64,000 nt of DNA, from NCBI GenBank assembly GCA_000091205.1, contig AP006490.2. One strand, written 5' to 3'. The notes beneath the pieces were generated by a model. It ran no database searches. It saw nothing but the letters and a program-made list of their open reading frames with translations, and was not told where the DNA came from. Source of the stretch: Cyanidioschyzon merolae (taxonomy: Eukaryota). Of the stretch, positions 60,482 through 64,000 are shown piece by piece (position 1 is the first letter of the stretch; every line of letters begins with the position of its first letter). Made by a program: the position numbers and the translations under genes.

Positions 60482-61558
60482 CTACAACGCAGTGTATCCC
60501 AGCACTCGACGGGCGAACTCGTAGACCCAAAGAGTGATCATCGTGTGCGGCCCTAATCGGACGTATGCTGGTACCCAGCCTTTCAAGAAGGCGAAGGCGC
60601 CTTCTTTTCTCCATATCTGTACCGCGCAGTCTAGCATGCCACGATAAGCACCACGACGCGAGCCCTGTTGCGTCGTTTTAATCACGTCGAATGCAGAACT
60701 CGAAGTTGTCGAGAAAAATCCAGCCATCATTGCCGAACTCAGAAAAACACGGGTATCTGTTGCGGGCCATCCGCTTATGTCCGCGATCTTTGTCTTCACG
60801 ACATCATAAAGTCCGACCTGAGTCGCGGTTATGGTCGCTGCTCGCACAGCAGTGGCACTAGCGCCATTCCAGAGGCCCCAGATGACGCCAAATCTGGAGG
60901 AGCCGGCGTGTGCTCGCCCTTCTGCGGCCATTTCTTGAAGTACTTGCCATGTGTTGCGACACGGATACCGTCCAGACTGCATACGTACCTTGGCAGCTTC
61001 GAACGGCGTTCCGACTAGTGCTCCGAGAGCACCGGAAGTAGCACCAGCGGCCAGTTTGACGAGGACCGGCGCAGAAGGTACCGAAGAGGCCTCGGGTACC
61101 GAGCCGGCATCTGCTGACGTGTACCTGAGGCGTCTTTCAAAGACGCCCGCATACCAGTCACGAATCGGCTGATAGAGACCTAAACGCACGCCAGAGTAGG
61201 TCAGTGCTCGCCAGAACGCGGCCTCCAGACCCGACCACAGAGCTAAAGGGCCCTCTTCCCGAATGATGCGGTAACCGGCGTGGAGCATCCCACGATACCG
61301 CTTTGTTGCCCGATGTGCCTCCACCGTTGAGGCGTCGCTGTGTTCACTACTATCCAATCTTTGCAGCTGTAGGCGCGCTTTAATCAAGTCAAAAGGAGCG
61401 GAAACGCAGGTTGCCGTTCCAGCCGCGAGCGATCCCACTGCAAGCTGCGCGAAGAGTCCCGGTTTGGAGCGCTGTTGATGCACCGCTTCGGTGCTCTGGC
61501 GAGCAACCGTACCATTTGAAGCCTCTGGAGCTTTCGTGGACGGAACCGTGCTTTGCAT
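60482..61558 (-). CDS. Mitochondrial carrier family (SLC25) protein
   Basis: ATG at 61556-61558. Three tandem carrier repeats carry the signatures 'PFDLIKARLQ', 'PFEAAKVRMQ' and 'AFDVIKTTQQ' (Px[DE]xx[KR]x[KR]xQ). Six predicted TM helices. Confidence 0.85.
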   Translation of the reverse strand: MQSTVPSTKAPEASNGTVARQSTEAVHQQRSKPGLFAQLAVGSLAAGTATCVSAPFDLIKARLQLQRLDSSEHSDASTVEAHRATKRYRGMLHAGYRIIREEGPLALWSGLEAAFWRALTYSGVRLGLYQPIRDWYAGVFERRLRYTSADAGSVPEASSVPSAPVLVKLAAGATSGALGALVGTPFEAAKVRMQSGRYPCRNTWQVLQEMAAEGRAHAGSSRFGVIWGLWNGASATAVRAATITATQVGLYDVVKTKIADISGWPATDTRVFLSSAMMAGFFSTTSSSAFDVIKTTQQGSRRGAYRGMLDCAVQIWRKEGAFAFLKGWVPAYVRLGPHTMITLWVYEFARRVLGYTAL

Positions 61559-64000
61559 AAGGTATTGGGGCCAGTGTGCTATTCGAGGCTGGGGATTTCA
61601 CCGTGAGCTGTGATACTCGTCTCCTGGAAAAGGTACCAGAGCGTAAACGATACGTTCGCGCGAGCACCGCAGCCTCGCCTGTTTTTGACGAATTATACAA
61701 AATACCGCTCCCTGAATCAAAGGAAAAAGTCGCCGGATAAATACACCGAAGCAGTGCCTTTAAATATCAAGAGTAAAGGAAAAGATCAGCTTGCTTTTCA
61801 GACCATGAGACTCGAAAACTGGTGTTCCGTACGTTGCGGCGAAGCGAAACGCAGTGGCACCGCACGCGCACGGACTGCGGGGCGAACTTCCGCGGAGTAC
61901 GTGCGCACCATGCCCAGAGCCAGTTGTAGACTTGATCAATCCAAGGCGTTTTTTCACGAAGCAGGCTGAAAATTTTCTCCTGATGCTATCCTTAATTTGA
62001 TTTGTGGCAGCGTGCTTGCATATAGCGGTTGCATCCAAGTGGTGCACAACACGGTTTATGTTTCCTTGGGTTGCGGAGCTGCGCTGGCGTTGTGGCGCGC
62101 TCGGTTGCTTTCCTCAGCACGAAACTTCGAGAAACAACTCAAAACGCCGTATTGTCAGATGAAAAAAAAAAGCAGCAACATGGGCTTGTCGAGCGCCTGG
62201 ATTGAGTCCGCTCTGTCATTTTCGTCGCTGTGTTTAGACGATGCAGGGCCGAACGTCATTGGAGTGAGAAGAGCCCTCCGACGATGACATTGCGACTGAT
62301 GCCGCGAACTTGTGTGCGACATCGCCTACTCCGCTCCCGAGCGCGCCATAAAATCCTGAATTTCTTTGGAATTTGTGCTTGTGAATTGCACGTGGGTAAA
62401 AGCGCTGTGTCGAGGCCCAGGTTTTCCACAGCGGAGGTGCAGTGCAGGCACACCCAGGACCCGTTGTTGCTTGCGAAGCCACGCGCAGAGCATTCGGTCC
62501 ACTCCAGATGCCGGCACGTTTGCACTCTGCTGAATGCAGTAGGAGGAAGGCGCAGCTGACTCGGCTCTTGTCATGCAAAGAAACGATTCTTGGGGTGTCT
62601 CTGAGAGACGGACACGCATGCTCTGTTCTGCGTATCTTGCAGTGTGGTGTCTGATGCTCTGGACAGCGCATGATGCAGTATCTCTACCAGAATGCCTTTA
62701 TCGCCTTTCGTCGTTTTGTCGCAGGTATCCAACAGAAGGAATGTATCCTGTAGATTGTGGACAGGTGGAGGACGGACTTTTGTCTGACGCAGCTGGCTTG
62801 CAAAAAACCGTCTTAGTTGTACTATTCAGTAACTCTGAGCTCAGCAGGTGAACGCGCCGCCTTGCTCGTTGTCCTCGTTCTGAAAATGTCAAATTCGAAA
62901 CGTAACTTGTTTAATTCTGTCTCCGGGACTGTTTCCTCGTAACTCCAGTCCGATTCGTTTTTCTCAAAGGAATACGACAAAAGAACTTGCAGGATGGAAA
63001 GTTTTTGGACTGTTGATTCGAATCGTGATGACGAGCCGCGGATGCACAAAGGAACAGGTGCGCTTCCCAGGAGACGATTGTACCTTAAACAGCATGGAAT
63101 CGACTTGGAACTAGGAACGGAAACGCATACGACGCAAGGGACAGGTGTTCATCCCGCTCGATTATTGGTCATTTGGGAGAATTCTGCGACCGATATACGC
63201 GTATCCGAAGCGACAGAGACCTTGTCCCGTCAAGAGGAGACAAGCGAGCGTGATGCCAATATCAGCGCTGGTGGTCATTGAAACGGGTGGTCGCCTACCA
63301 GTCGCCAGATGGACAGAATCATTCTACACCGCATGCTTCGTCGAAGCACCTCTTGGACTCTTCTCAGCCGATTCCTCTGCCCTTGCCTCAGACAGTGTCG
63401 CTTTCCATCACTCAAAAGAAGTGAAGGAGCGCGCAGCTGACCCTGGCTTTAGGACGCTCTTCGTGTCAGTCTTTTCTGCCCCTGATGGAATCCAGTCGAA
63501 TGCGATTTGTCCGTCGTTACGCGCCGTTTTGGTGCCCAGGGATCAATCGGCATTTCGTTCGCATCCGTAACACCGTTCTTCGATCAGTGGCTCTCTATTG
63601 TCGGGAGCCCTGGGCTGCCCTGCTACCTCTCTACCCAACCGCGGGAGCCAGTGGAGAGCAGCGCTTCGGTCCATGGGCTTGCTCGCGACAGAGAAAGGAA
63701 CAAAAGTACCTGAGGAATCGTCAATAGGTGCATATACGGAAAAGGCGAGTTTCAGGCGCAGCATCAATCCATTGCGTCTAAATTCCGGGGAAAGAGATTG
63801 CGTAGCGTTTAGCGAACACATCCATGATAACACGCAGGTAAAGGAGATGACAAAGACATCGATGAACTCTGTGAGCAGCGATGGAGCATGAGCGCGACCT
63901 TGCGTCGAGCCGTGGCAGAACTCGTTTAAGGTTTCTCGGTTACCGGGAGAAAATACAAAAAATTTACAGGTTCGATGGAGATCACCAGAATATCAATCTG

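Overview
This window reads as nuclear DNA from a GC-rich, intron-poor eukaryote. Long uninterrupted reading frames include a 2390-aa PRP8 and an 813-aa gyrase B. Gene density is moderate, about one gene per 3.5-4 kb. A prokaryotic operon or defence island is unlikely on this evidence: the gene content is eukaryotic (PRP8, eIF3g, a LIN54-like CXC protein, a cyclin, ERGIC3, a mitochondrial carrier, RecQ).

Several genes suggest a plastid-bearing host. These are an organelle-type DNA gyrase B with a roughly 95-aa Ser/Arg-rich presequence, a DUF177/YceD-like protein, and a class II CPD photolyase. The PRP8 is strongly divergent and intron-less, which fits a lineage with a reduced spliceosome such as a cyanidiophyte red alga. 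The organism call is inference only.

Supported protein-coding genes, listed 5'->3':
- RecQ-like helicase with a GRF zinc finger (minus strand, partial). It runs off the 5' edge of the window and is absent from the ORF track.
- Class-3 lipase.
- TenA/THI-4-like protein.
- ERGIC3/Erv46-like protein.
- eIF3g.
- A secreted Cys/Gln/Tyr-rich repeat protein.
- LIN54/tesmin-like CXC protein.
- Two large hypothetical proteins.
- A long cyclin-like protein.
- GyrB.
- PRP8.
- Class II photolyase.
- DUF177 protein.
- Mitochondrial carrier.

The window is unusually repeat-rich. At least four dispersed repeat families are present:
- R, a 1.08-kb direct repeat pair at 4866-5950 and 13998-15080 that brackets the lipase-TenA-ERGIC3 block.
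- Y, a roughly 1.1-kb element in five copies. Two of them form an 885-bp inverted repeat around the Cys/Gln/Tyr-rich gene.
- A roughly 245-bp family in three copies.
- An A/B family of two diverged, rearranged copies. Each carries a homologous ~190-aa ORF.

No rRNA gene, convincing tRNA gene, CRISPR array or telomeric repeat was seen.

Two properties of the supplied ORF track matter. It labels TTG, GTG and CTG starts as M, so CDS starts here were moved to the first in-frame ATG where that seemed sensible. It also omits ORFs that run off the window edge. All coordinates are approximate to a few bases for repeats.
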